A DNA stretch of 18,109 nucleotides from Conexivisphaerales archaeon (GCA_049509455.1 JBEKZX010000038.1:1-18109), one strand, 5' to 3'; numbered from the stretch's first letter, positions 1-7,879 are shown. Numbers and translations are program-made. Notes: a model not told the origin generated them from the letters alone.

Positions 1-60
1 ATGGGGCCGAAGTATTTTGCGGGGCTGAAGGAGCTGGCACCTCGCCTAGGTGTACATTGA
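1..60 (+). CDS. possible 3' end of a convergent gene entering from the left edge (…MGPKYFAGLKELAPRLGVH*)
   Basis: Frame 1 is open from base 1 to TGA at 58-60, with G/C-ending codons in its first part. It would overlap the PAC2 stop by 15 nt. No homology recognised. Confidence 0.25.
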   Translation: MGPKYFAGLKELAPRLGVH

Positions 61-753
61 ATCGCCGCTGCGCTTATCGATATTGGGCTCATCTCGGAAC
101 GAATCGGATTCCATGACCTCCGCGCCCTTCATCAGCGCCGACGTGTCGATGCTGAAACCGTAGATGTTCGACATCAACCCGATGGCCGATGAGGCGGCTC
201 GGGGATCGGCCCTTTCCGTGGATGCGTAGGACAGCACAGCGTAGGCCGGGAACTTCATGACCTCGAAATAGTTGAGCAGTATGGCGACGGGGCCCACGAT
301 GACGTGGTCGTCCTCCAGGATGGCCGATTCGCTGAGCTTCCCTGTCGGCTGAAAGGCGGATGTGCAGACTATCCTGTGGGTGGAGTCGTCGACCTTGAGA
401 GACGCGTCCAGCCCCCCGATTAGGGCGACCTCCTTGAAGCCCGCCCCGACGATCCACTGAGCCAGCTCCCTGTAGAACTTGACTTCGAATTCCCTGGAGA
501 GAGGCACGTCTATCTTGAGGAAGACAAGGTCACCCTTCCGGGCCAGCTCGTGGGGTGTGGCCAGCTTCCCTCCCTGCACGGCGGCAACGGGGGGGATGTA
601 CTCTGAATCGATGAACGCCGCCCTTTCGGCCTTCAGCTGCTGTATCATGTACTTCACTGACCAGTAGCCTGTGGCACCGATGCCGTGGAAACCAGCGATC
701 AAAGTGCAGCCGTCAAATCGCGACCCCTTCGGGATTACTTCTAGCAAGGCCAT
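46..753 (-). CDS. PAC2-family proteasome assembly chaperone
   Basis: 235 aa. Motifs LIAGFHGIGATG, EVALIGG and IVGPVAILL…FPAYAVL…ADPRAAS match the archaeal PAC2 (PbaA/PbaB-like) family as I recall it. Confidence 0.85.
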   Translation of the reverse strand: MALLEVIPKGSRFDGCTLIAGFHGIGATGYWSVKYMIQQLKAERAAFIDSEYIPPVAAVQGGKLATPHELARKGDLVFLKIDVPLSREFEVKFYRELAQWIVGAGFKEVALIGGLDASLKVDDSTHRIVCTSAFQPTGKLSESAILEDDHVIVGPVAILLNYFEVMKFPAYAVLSYASTERADPRAASSAIGLMSNIYGFSIDTSALMKGAEVMESDSFRDEPNIDKRSGDSMYT

Positions 754-764
754 CCCCCATAAGG

Positions 765-770
765 TTTAAA
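765..770 (+). promoter_or_regulatory. TATA-box-like TTTAAA in the 57-bp divergent spacer between PAC2 and the beta-CASP gene
   Basis: AAGGTTTAAAGA at 761-772, about 40 nt upstream of GTG 811. Confidence 0.45.
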
Positions 771-810
771 GACCCTATTGAAAAATGTGGCTATACAGTT
801 GGCGAAACAT

Positions 811-2067
811 GTGCAAGTAAGAGTTCTCGGAGCTGCCAACGAGGTGGGCAGGTCTGCCATCTTCGTCGAATCGGACGGGACGCGCCTTCTGCTTGACTAC
901 GGCGTGAAGCTCGCCCGCGAGCCCGAGTTCCCCATCCATGTGCGGCCCAAGGATGTCGACGGCGTGATCATTTCTCATGCGCACCTCGACCACGTAGGGG
1001 CCGCACCGCTATTCTACCTCTCGGCGGGGCCCGTGCTGGCCGCCACGCCGGTGACGCTGGCGCTTTCAAAGGTCCTGCTGATGGACTTCCTCAAGATATC
1101 TGGCTCCATCCTTCCGTTCGACGAGGACGCCGTCGACAACATGGCTGCAAGGACGGAGCTCGAAGGCTTCAAAGAGGGCTTCAAGCTCGGCAACCTCAAG
1201 GTGGGCCTCAGGGACGCGGGGCACATTCCCGGCAGCGCCATCACCACCATAGAGGGGAGCAGGAGGGTGATCTACACGGGAGACCTGAACACGACACCCA
1301 CCCAGCTTCTCGCCCCGGCCGACGTGGACGGCCTGGACGCCGACGTCATCATTTCTGAAAGCACCTATGCCCAAGCCGATCATCCAGACCGCGCCAAGGA
1401 AGAGGACCGCTTCGTCAAATATGCCGAGCGGATCGTCGAGGATGGAGGTACCCTTCTCGTTCCCTCGTTCGCCGTGGGGAGGGCCCAGGAGCTGGCCTGC
1501 ATACTTTACAGCCACGGTTTCAAGCACAAGGTCTACATGGATGGCATGGCGCTCAAGACGAACCAGATACTCCTGGAGAACCCAGACTCCGTGAGGGACC
1601 CGACCTTGCTGCAGAGGGCCCTCGGCAAGGTGCAGTTCGTTGAAGATTGGGGAACCCGCCGCAGAGCCGTCGCCGATTCCTCCGTCATCATCTCGCCTGC
1701 TGGCATGATGGTGGGCGGCTTCTCGACCTTCTACAACAAGTCCGTCGCCAAGAATAAGAGGGATGGCATAGCCATCGTCTCGTTCCAGGTGCCGGGGACG
1801 CCGGGGAGGACGCTCCTAGATAAGAAGGAGATCAAGCTGGACGGGAAAAGGTACAAGGTGGCCGCTGACGTGCAACGGTTCGACTTTTCTTCACACTTGG
1901 GTAAGGCTGACTTGTTTGGTTTGTTTAAGGATAAGGTGAAGGGTTCACCAAAGGTGATAATAGTCCATGGAGAACGTGAAAACAGCGAAGATTTTGCTAG
2001 GCGCCTGCGGGAGGAGTTGGGCCTAGACGCCCATTCCCCTGAAGCTGGTGAGACCTTTGAAATCTAA
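811..2067 (+). CDS. MBL-fold beta-CASP ribonuclease without N-terminal KH domains (aCPSF2/aCPSF1b-like)
   Basis: Motifs LGAANEVGRS, LLDYG, SHAHLDH (HxHxDH), AGHIPGS, YTGD, ESTY, FAVGRAQE and DFSSH. Start moved to GTG 811 (MQVRVLG…); the ORF track opens at 778. Confidence 0.9.
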   Translation: MQVRVLGAANEVGRSAIFVESDGTRLLLDYGVKLAREPEFPIHVRPKDVDGVIISHAHLDHVGAAPLFYLSAGPVLAATPVTLALSKVLLMDFLKISGSILPFDEDAVDNMAARTELEGFKEGFKLGNLKVGLRDAGHIPGSAITTIEGSRRVIYTGDLNTTPTQLLAPADVDGLDADVIISESTYAQADHPDRAKEEDRFVKYAERIVEDGGTLLVPSFAVGRAQELACILYSHGFKHKVYMDGMALKTNQILLENPDSVRDPTLLQRALGKVQFVEDWGTRRRAVADSSVIISPAGMMVGGFSTFYNKSVAKNKRDGIAIVSFQVPGTPGRTLLDKKEIKLDGKRYKVAADVQRFDFSSHLGKADLFGLFKDKVKGSPKVIIVHGERENSEDFARRLREELGLDAHSPEAGETFEI

Positions 2068-2077
2068 AGGAACCATA

Positions 2078-2587
2078 ATGTTCGTGCCACTGGGCGGGCC
2101 ATTCATGCTTGCAGACTTCAAGGCGCTCGAGACGGCAGGGGGCGTCTTCGACCTCAAGGCGAACATTTCGAACGCGCCCGTGCCTCTGGAAGAAGGAGAG
2201 CTCAACGCGGCGAGGAAGCAGTACGACGCCGCCAGCATCCTGAAGAGGCTGCAAGGTCTCGTAAAGGCCAGCGGGTCCAACTTCATGATAGGAGTGACCG
2301 AGAAGGATCTCTACGTCCAGGGCTCCAACTATGTGTTCGGCCTGGCGGATACACAACGGTCAGCCGGAGTCGTGAGCATGGCGAGGCTTCGCGTCAACTC
2401 GAACCCCCGCCTGCTTAACGAAAGGCTGATGAAGGAGGTCGCCCATGAAATCGGTCACCTCGTGGGCCTGAAGCACTGCCCCGAGCCCACCTGCATCATG
2501 AGCTTCGCCAACTCGACCTTCGACGTCGATTCGAAGCTGCCCATGCTGTGCAAAGAATGCCTAGGGCAGATAGGCGTCAAGTTTTGA
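2078..2587 (+). CDS. amzA: archaemetzincin (M54 zinc metalloprotease)
   Basis: HEIGHLVGLKHC zinc motif, followed by the Cys-rich CPEPTCIMSF…LCKEC. ATG 2078 is preceded by AAGGA; GTG 2048 is an alternative start. Confidence 0.9.
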   Translation: MFVPLGGPFMLADFKALETAGGVFDLKANISNAPVPLEEGELNAARKQYDAASILKRLQGLVKASGSNFMIGVTEKDLYVQGSNYVFGLADTQRSAGVVSMARLRVNSNPRLLNERLMKEVAHEIGHLVGLKHCPEPTCIMSFANSTFDVDSKLPMLCKECLGQIGVKF

Positions 2588-3360
2588 ACGTTAAGATCAT
2601 TCGCTTCCCCCTTCTGTTCACGTTGGCCGCACAACTGGCGGCGTTGATCTTCACGTACCAGCTCCTGCAGCTCGAGGGCCAGGTCTCTTTTGCTCCCGTC
2701 CAGGGCTCCAGCGGTCCGGTCTTCAACTCCTTGATCTTCCTGGCGATCCCCATCGCAGGAAGCCTCGTCTTGCTGAGGTTCTACCGGAGCAAGTTACTCA
2801 AATATGTTTATGCCATCGGCGAGGCCCTCTTGGTGGCCTTCCTCAGCTTCCTCGTCTTCGTGTTTTCGGGGATCGACTTCCTTCCCTCGGGCCTTATCTC
2901 TCTTGTGGTGGGGGTCCTTGGATTCCTGGTGCTAATATACGGCGGATCCAGCTCGAAGGCCGCGTTCAGCCTCCTGATGAGCAGCGAGGCAGGCGCCTAC
3001 TTGGCGTTGGTCTTCACCCCTCCGACCATCTACGTTATACTGCTCTTCTTCGCCGTTTACGACCTCTACTCCGTGTTCAGAGGTCCCCTGAAGAAGGTTG
3101 TAGAGAGGGTCCCCTTCGGGGCGCTGAGCGTGGACTTCGGGAACATCAGCATGGGAATGGGCGACCAGATATTCTACGCCATGGTCCCTTCGGCCGCATA
3201 TCTAATTTACGGGCTCGTAGCGGCCGTCGCCATGCTGGCCGTAGTGGACATTGGCGTCGTCGCTACCCTGGTGCTCCTGTCGAGCAGAAAGGCCCTGCCC
3301 GGCCTGACCATCCCTCTGTTGCTAGGCCTGGCGCTGTTCTTCTGCTTGGCCGTGTTCTAG
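2584..3360 (+). CDS. presenilin/signal-peptide-peptidase-like GxGD intramembrane aspartyl protease
   Basis: About 9 hydrophobic segments, with YD (FAVYDLY) in TM6, GMGD in TM7 and a PAL-like LPGL in TM9. TTG 2584 overlaps the amzA stop in TTGA. Confidence 0.85.
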   Translation: MNVKIIRFPLLFTLAAQLAALIFTYQLLQLEGQVSFAPVQGSSGPVFNSLIFLAIPIAGSLVLLRFYRSKLLKYVYAIGEALLVAFLSFLVFVFSGIDFLPSGLISLVVGVLGFLVLIYGGSSSKAAFSLLMSSEAGAYLALVFTPPTIYVILLFFAVYDLYSVFRGPLKKVVERVPFGALSVDFGNISMGMGDQIFYAMVPSAAYLIYGLVAAVAMLAVVDIGVVATLVLLSSRKALPGLTIPLLLGLALFFCLAVF

Positions 3361-3557
3361 GCCGCTATCTCTTTGATGGGCTTTGAAACGTTCTTTAGGA
3401 GCTTGTCAGCCTCGACCTTCTCAGCGATGTAAGTGTATAGCATATGCTTGGTCTTCAGCTTCAGTTTGACCTTCTCGTCGCCGCGGACCACCCTTATCTC
3501 GTCCGCCTTCCCGATGAGCTTCTTGAACGATTTCGCGTCGTAGATCTGCTTTGGCAA
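3357..3557 (-). CDS. rpl38e: 50S ribosomal protein L38e
   Basis: TTG start gives the 66-aa MPKQIYDAKSFKKLIGKADEIRVVRGDEKVKLKLKTKHMLYTY…, matching the eL38 pattern (MP..I…VKFK.R…LYT). SD-like GAGGT at 3565-3569 and a TATA-like box at 3595-3602 on the minus strand. The stop overlaps the protease stop in CTAG. Confidence 0.85.
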   Translation of the reverse strand: MPKQIYDAKSFKKLIGKADEIRVVRGDEKVKLKLKTKHMLYTYIAEKVEADKLLKNVSKPIKEIAA

Positions 3558-3594
3558 TCCGAATACCTCGACGCCCTTCTGACGAGGGTAGAGG

Positions 3595-3602
3595 CTATAA
3601 AG
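3595..3602 (-). promoter_or_regulatory. TATA-like box (CTTTATAG) for rpl38e
   Basis: About 40 nt upstream of TTG 3557, with a short leader containing GAGGT. Confidence 0.45.
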
Positions 3603-3604
3603 GC

Positions 3605-4774
3605 TTACTGAAGGACGTTCCAGGAGACTTTCGTCTGAAGGATCTGGTTCCCCCCGTTGCCCACGCGCTGCAGGATCTTTAGGGGCATTCCGCACCTGTC
3701 GAGATAGCCGACGAAGGCCAGGAGCCACAGGCTCTCGGGGAAGACCTTAGCCGGCTCTGAGACCTCGAATGTCAGCATCTTCGTGAGGCTGTCGTAGCGG
3801 GCCTTCCCTCGTCCTTCAAGGGACAGGCTGATCAGCTCCGACCAAGCGGGAAGCGCCGCGTCAGGGCTCATAGAGAAGACTTCGCTGGAGATCGATATAG
3901 CCACCCTGTCGTAGAACTCGCTCGCCAGCTTCCTGAGCTCGTCCTCGTCCATCCTCTCCATTACGGTGCTGACGAAAGAGCGGTACAGGGACGCGTCGCC
4001 CTTGATCGAAGGCAGCTCGTCGCCTATGTTCAGGTTCATGAGCCTCATGAACTGAGCTAGATCGACAGCCGAATCCCAATAGGGTGAGAATAGGGTGTGA
4101 TCTAGGAAGGCCGCAATCTCGGCTATGGGCAGGAAGAGCGCGCTGCCGGTGCTGCTGTTGGTGATCAGGAGGCTGGAGCCGTCGGCGATGAACACGTTCC
4201 TACCCTCCATTACCTGGCCCACCTTGGCCGAGATGGGCAGCCCCAGCTGTTCCTGGAGGGGCTCTTGATCCTTGTAAGAGACGACGACCTTGATGTCAGC
4301 CTCGCTCATGTTGAGCGATGCCAGCGAGTCCCTGCAATCGTGGAGCATGGACAGCCCCCTCCCGTCCACCAGAGCGTGGAAGGAGTAGCGGGCCTCCGAG
4401 ACCAGTTCGACCAGCTTGCGCCCGGCCTCCTCTGACACATACATGTAGTATTTCCCTTCGGCGAGGCTCCTCCCCTTCAGGGAGCTGTTCCTGATCTTGT
4501 CAATCTTGGCGATGGCCGCCCGCATTCCCTTTAGCCTCGCCTCCTCCTCGGCCAGCGCCTCCTTGAAGCCCTCCCCGACGTCCTGGGCGCTGCACTTAAG
4601 CGGAGTGTCGTAGAGCTTAACAAGGCCCTTGGCCGCGAGGCCCCTTAAGGCCGCATACGACTTGGTCCTCGGAACGGCCGCACTAAAGGCTAGGTCCTTC
4701 ACCCTGGACGGCCCGTTAGTGAGGAGCGTGAGGTACAGCTTGGCTTCATATTCTGTCAACCCCAGCTCCTTCAT
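3605..4774 (-). CDS. TrmB-family transcriptional regulator with extended C-terminal domains
   Basis: N-terminal LGLTEYEAKLYLTLL…GP…VKDLA…VPRTKSYAALRGLAAKGLV is the TrmB wHTH, followed by a coiled coil and an effector-like domain. Start uncertain: ATG 4774 or TTG 4813; the ORF track start at 4882 is probably too long. Confidence 0.8.
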   Translation of the reverse strand: MKELGLTEYEAKLYLTLLTNGPSRVKDLAFSAAVPRTKSYAALRGLAAKGLVKLYDTPLKCSAQDVGEGFKEALAEEEARLKGMRAAIAKIDKIRNSSLKGRSLAEGKYYMYVSEEAGRKLVELVSEARYSFHALVDGRGLSMLHDCRDSLASLNMSEADIKVVVSYKDQEPLQEQLGLPISAKVGQVMEGRNVFIADGSSLLITNSSTGSALFLPIAEIAAFLDHTLFSPYWDSAVDLAQFMRLMNLNIGDELPSIKGDASLYRSFVSTVMERMDEDELRKLASEFYDRVAISISSEVFSMSPDAALPAWSELISLSLEGRGKARYDSLTKMLTFEVSEPAKVFPESLWLLAFVGYLDRCGMPLKILQRVGNGGNQILQTKVSWNVLQ

Positions 4775-4842
4775 CGCACCGATGAGAGGCTGGCTGCCAG
4801 AAGCTTTCGCCAAATCAAGACTTGAATCCGTCAGAGGGCGGA

Positions 4843-4886
4843 CTGTCACCGACCTGCCTGTCACCCGAGTGACAGGACTCACGGGT
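4843..4886. promoter_or_regulatory. candidate operator: three CTGTCAC copies, two forming a perfect inverted repeat
   Basis: CTGTCAC at 4843-4849 and 4858-4864, and its reverse complement at 4869-4875. CCTGTCAC-ccga-GTGACAGG spans 4857-4876. It lies in the trmB/cdvB divergent spacer. Confidence 0.45.
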
Positions 4887-4938
4887 TACAACAGTCATAA
4901 AGTGCGCAGGCTATCGTCCATTACTAAGGTGCCTAACA

Positions 4939-5580
4939 GTGTCCGAATTCAGTAAGAAATGGCAGACTCCCCAGACCCCCGGGTTTGGGGAGAAGGTAAA
5001 GGACTCGGTCAGACCCGCTGGTCCTCTGAAGCCCCGTATTGATCAAGCTGTACGTGGGATACAGATCCAGGTCTCGAAGCTCGAGAACACAAGCAACAAG
5101 CTGAAGGAGAGGGACGGAGCGCTCTTCAACAAGGTCGTATCCTCCATCCAGAAGCATGACATGCAGCACGCATCTGTCTACGCCAACGAGCTCAGCGAGA
5201 TCAGGAAGATGGCCAAGATGGTCACTTCCGCCAGGATAGCCCTTGAGCAGATCATACTCAGGCTCAATACCGCGACGGAGCTCGGTGACATCGTCGTCAC
5301 CCTGGCCCCGGCCATGGCCGTCATCAAGAGCGTCAAGTCAGGCCTGGTCGGTGTGATGCCGGAGGCTGAGCAGGAGATCGGCGAGATCAACAACGTGCTC
5401 AGCAGCATCCTGGTCGATGCCGGACAGCTCGGTGGCTTGACCCTCAACTTCGAGGCTGCCAACGAGGACGCCGAACACATACTCGCAGAGGCGTCTGCAG
5501 TGGCGGAGCAGAAGATGAAGGACAAGTTCCCAGACCTGCCCAGCATGACTGGGGAATCCGGCCAGAGCTTCTCACAATAG
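4939..5580 (+). CDS. cdvB: ESCRT-III/Snf7 protein, CdvB paralogue lacking a C-terminal winged helix (CdvB1/B2-like)
   Basis: PLKPRI…KL…RD..LF…NEL.EIRK…LEQ..LRL.T..ELGD core, with a C-terminal MIM2-like KFPDLP. GTG start with AAGGTG at 4926-4931. Confidence 0.9.
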   Translation: MSEFSKKWQTPQTPGFGEKVKDSVRPAGPLKPRIDQAVRGIQIQVSKLENTSNKLKERDGALFNKVVSSIQKHDMQHASVYANELSEIRKMAKMVTSARIALEQIILRLNTATELGDIVVTLAPAMAVIKSVKSGLVGVMPEAEQEIGEINNVLSSILVDAGQLGGLTLNFEAANEDAEHILAEASAVAEQKMKDKFPDLPSMTGESGQSFSQ

Positions 5581-5610
5581 ACGAACGGAAAGGGTGATGG
5601 GCTGACGAAA

Positions 5611-5654
5611 GAGAGGCCGCCGGGTCTGAACGACGGCCTCTCAAACCTTTTTTT
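5611..5654 (+). terminator. stem-loop plus T-tract downstream of the first ESCRT-III gene
   Basis: GAGAGGCCG (5611-5619) pairs with CGGCCTCTC (5634-5642), a 9-bp stem, followed by T7 at 5648-5654. Confidence 0.65.
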
Positions 5655-5769
5655 AGATTTTGTTTTAATGTCTTAATTTGATTGTTAATCATTTGTGACC
5701 ATTATGATTCTAAACGAAGGAGGCTGTCGGACTAGTGTCATTAGGCATGGTAGGGCCAGCTGACCTTCG

Positions 5770-6594
5770 TTGAAACTAAACTGGGGGTCAAAGAAGGCGG
5801 ATGCGGACCTTCGTGGAAAGATTTCAGACGCAATAAGGAGGCTTGAGCTTCACAGGAGGGAGGTCGAGACCCTGCGCCACCGCCTCGAAGAAAGGAGAGT
5901 TAAGCTCTTCGAGATAATAGTCTCCTCTGTCCAGAAGCAGGAGAGGGAGAGGGCCTCTGTCTATGCGAACGAGCACGTAGAGGTCAAGAAGATTATTCGA
6001 GTGCTCGTAACCTGCGAGCTCGCCCTCACGCAGGTCATTCTTCGTCTCGAGAGCATAAGGGACATAGGCGATGCCATGACTGAGATGGGCCATGCCTTCA
6101 AGGTCATAAAGGGAGTGGGCACGGTACTCAACGGCCTCAGTGCGGACGTCATGAACGTGCAAGAGGACATCCAGAACACGCTCAACGACACCATGGCTGA
6201 GCTGGGCCAGGTGGCCCCCAACCTTAACATCGATGTCAACACCTCGAGCGGCGAAGAAATCGTCGAGGAAGCGATGAAATTCTTGGAGAACGAGATAGAG
6301 AGCGCCGACCTCCCTGAGCCGATAACAGCCGCCCCCGATCCGACGACCTTCGACAAGGTGAAGAGGACGGCGCTCCTCGCTGCGGGGGAGGACGAAGAGG
6401 ACCCGTTCAAGATCGACATCTTCCAGTCGTCAGCCCGCAAGCCCCTCGAAGATGCCGTCTCCAGCTACATCAATTCCCAGGGTGGGAAGTTGAACGTGTA
6501 CGAGGCTGCGGTGGCCCTTAACGCACCACTCGACGAGGTCGAGAAGGTGGTCATCAAGCTCGTCAGGGAAGGTCGAGTCAAAGTAGGCAGCTAG
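5770..6594 (+). CDS. cdvB: ESCRT-III CdvB with MIM2-like segment and C-terminal winged-helix-like domain
   Basis: Snf7 core (YANEHVEVKK…LTQVILRLESIRDIGD), a Pro-rich ADLPEP, and a roughly 50-aa tail (LEDAVSSYINSQGGKLNVYEAAVALNAPLDEVEKVVIKLVREGRVKV) with wHTH pattern. TTG start; an in-frame TGA at 5761 rules out an earlier start. Confidence 0.85.
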   Translation: MKLNWGSKKADADLRGKISDAIRRLELHRREVETLRHRLEERRVKLFEIIVSSVQKQERERASVYANEHVEVKKIIRVLVTCELALTQVILRLESIRDIGDAMTEMGHAFKVIKGVGTVLNGLSADVMNVQEDIQNTLNDTMAELGQVAPNLNIDVNTSSGEEIVEEAMKFLENEIESADLPEPITAAPDPTTFDKVKRTALLAAGEDEEDPFKIDIFQSSARKPLEDAVSSYINSQGGKLNVYEAAVALNAPLDEVEKVVIKLVREGRVKVGS

Positions 6595-6613
6595 GCAAGG
6601 AGTTGTAGATACG

Positions 6614-7825
6614 ATGAGCGAACAGGCAGCTAAGATGTTGGAGGAGGCCGCCAGCAAGCACGCCAGCGATGCCATCAAGGCGGATAGCGAAGCGCGCTAC
6701 GGTCAGGCCATAAGCAGTTACCAGAAGGCGATCTCGACCCTGATGCGTTTGGTCCAGCTCTACCCCGAGTACAAGCTCAACCAGATGTACCTGCAGAGGG
6801 CCATGGCCTACCAGGAGAGGATCAAGGCCCTCCAGTCGGCCAGGGGCTTCATGCCTCCCGACGAAGGAGGGATGCCCGACGATGAATCGGACACCTCTGG
6901 TCGCGCCCCGCCGGCCTCCGGCGGCGGTCCCGTCATGGTGGAAAAGATCAAGGCGTCCTACGACGACCTGGTGCTCAAGGAGAAGCCCGACGTCCGCATC
7001 GAAGACGTCGTGGGGCTGGAGGACGCCAAGAGGGCCCTCAAGGAGGCCATCGTCTTCCCCTACAAGAGGCCGGACCTCTTCCCCCTTGGTTGGCCTAGAG
7101 GACTCCTGTTATATGGGCCGCCGGGTTGCGGCAAGACGATGCTAGCGGCGGCCACTGCCGCTGAAATTGACGGCTCATTCATGACGGTGGACGCAGCTAG
7201 CATAATGAGCAAATGGCTGGGCGAAGGTGAACGAAACGTCGCCAAACTCTTCAACACGGCGAGGAGACTTTCGGAGAAGGGCCAGCCAGCGATCATATTC
7301 ATAGACGAAGTGGACTCCCTCCTCGGCGTCAGGTCACAAGAAGTGGGCGGCGAGGTAAGGGTCAGAAACCAGTTCCTCAAGGAGATGGACGGCCTTGCTG
7401 ACAAGGGCAAGAAGATCCAGATGTACATCCTGGCGGCGACGAACAAGCCGTGGGTCTTGGATACGCCCTTCCTGAGGCGCTTCCAGAAGAGGCTCTACGT
7501 AATGCTCCCTGACCCGGCTTCGAGGAGGCACATGTTCGAGCTATACACTAAGCCGCTGTCGTTGGACCCCAGCGTAAGCCTGGATGACTTGGCCAGGCTG
7601 GGCGAAAACTACTCGGGGAGCGACATCAAGGATATCTGTCAGTCAGTCCAACTCAGGGTCGTCAGCGAGCTCTTCGAAAGTGGCTTAGCTCTCGAGCCGG
7701 GGAGCAGCACCAGGGCCATAACCATGAACGACTTCAAGGAGGTCTTCAGGACCAGAAAGCCCAGCGTACCGCAGGAGACCCTCAAGGCCTACATAAAGTG
7801 GAGCGAACAGTATAAGGCGCTCTAG
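6614..7825 (+). CDS. cdvC: Vps4/CdvC AAA+ ATPase with N-terminal MIT domain
   Basis: MIT helices (A…A..AI..D…Y.QAI..YQKAI), Walker A GPPGCGKT, pore loop SKWLGEGE, Walker B IIFIDEVD and ATNKPW…FLRRF. It starts 19 nt after cdvB. Confidence 0.95.
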   Translation: MSEQAAKMLEEAASKHASDAIKADSEARYGQAISSYQKAISTLMRLVQLYPEYKLNQMYLQRAMAYQERIKALQSARGFMPPDEGGMPDDESDTSGRAPPASGGGPVMVEKIKASYDDLVLKEKPDVRIEDVVGLEDAKRALKEAIVFPYKRPDLFPLGWPRGLLLYGPPGCGKTMLAAATAAEIDGSFMTVDAASIMSKWLGEGERNVAKLFNTARRLSEKGQPAIIFIDEVDSLLGVRSQEVGGEVRVRNQFLKEMDGLADKGKKIQMYILAATNKPWVLDTPFLRRFQKRLYVMLPDPASRRHMFELYTKPLSLDPSVSLDDLARLGENYSGSDIKDICQSVQLRVVSELFESGLALEPGSSTRAITMNDFKEVFRTRKPSVPQETLKAYIKWSEQYKAL

Positions 7826-7879
7826 GGACCGCATGTAATGACTTGCTGAGCATGAAGGCCGCCATGGCGTAGGCGGCAG

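Noticed and set aside
5590-5645. TGATG/CTGA and CTGACGA…GAA motifs suggesting a C/D-box sRNA or hammerhead ribozyme
   Set aside because: Box spacing leaves no 10-12-nt guide and the hammerhead stems cannot be built. A terminator hairpin explains the region.
7858-7877. GCCGCC-N8-GGCGGC hairpin after cdvC as a terminator
   Set aside because: Only a 6-bp stem in GC-rich DNA with no T-tract, so chance is plausible.
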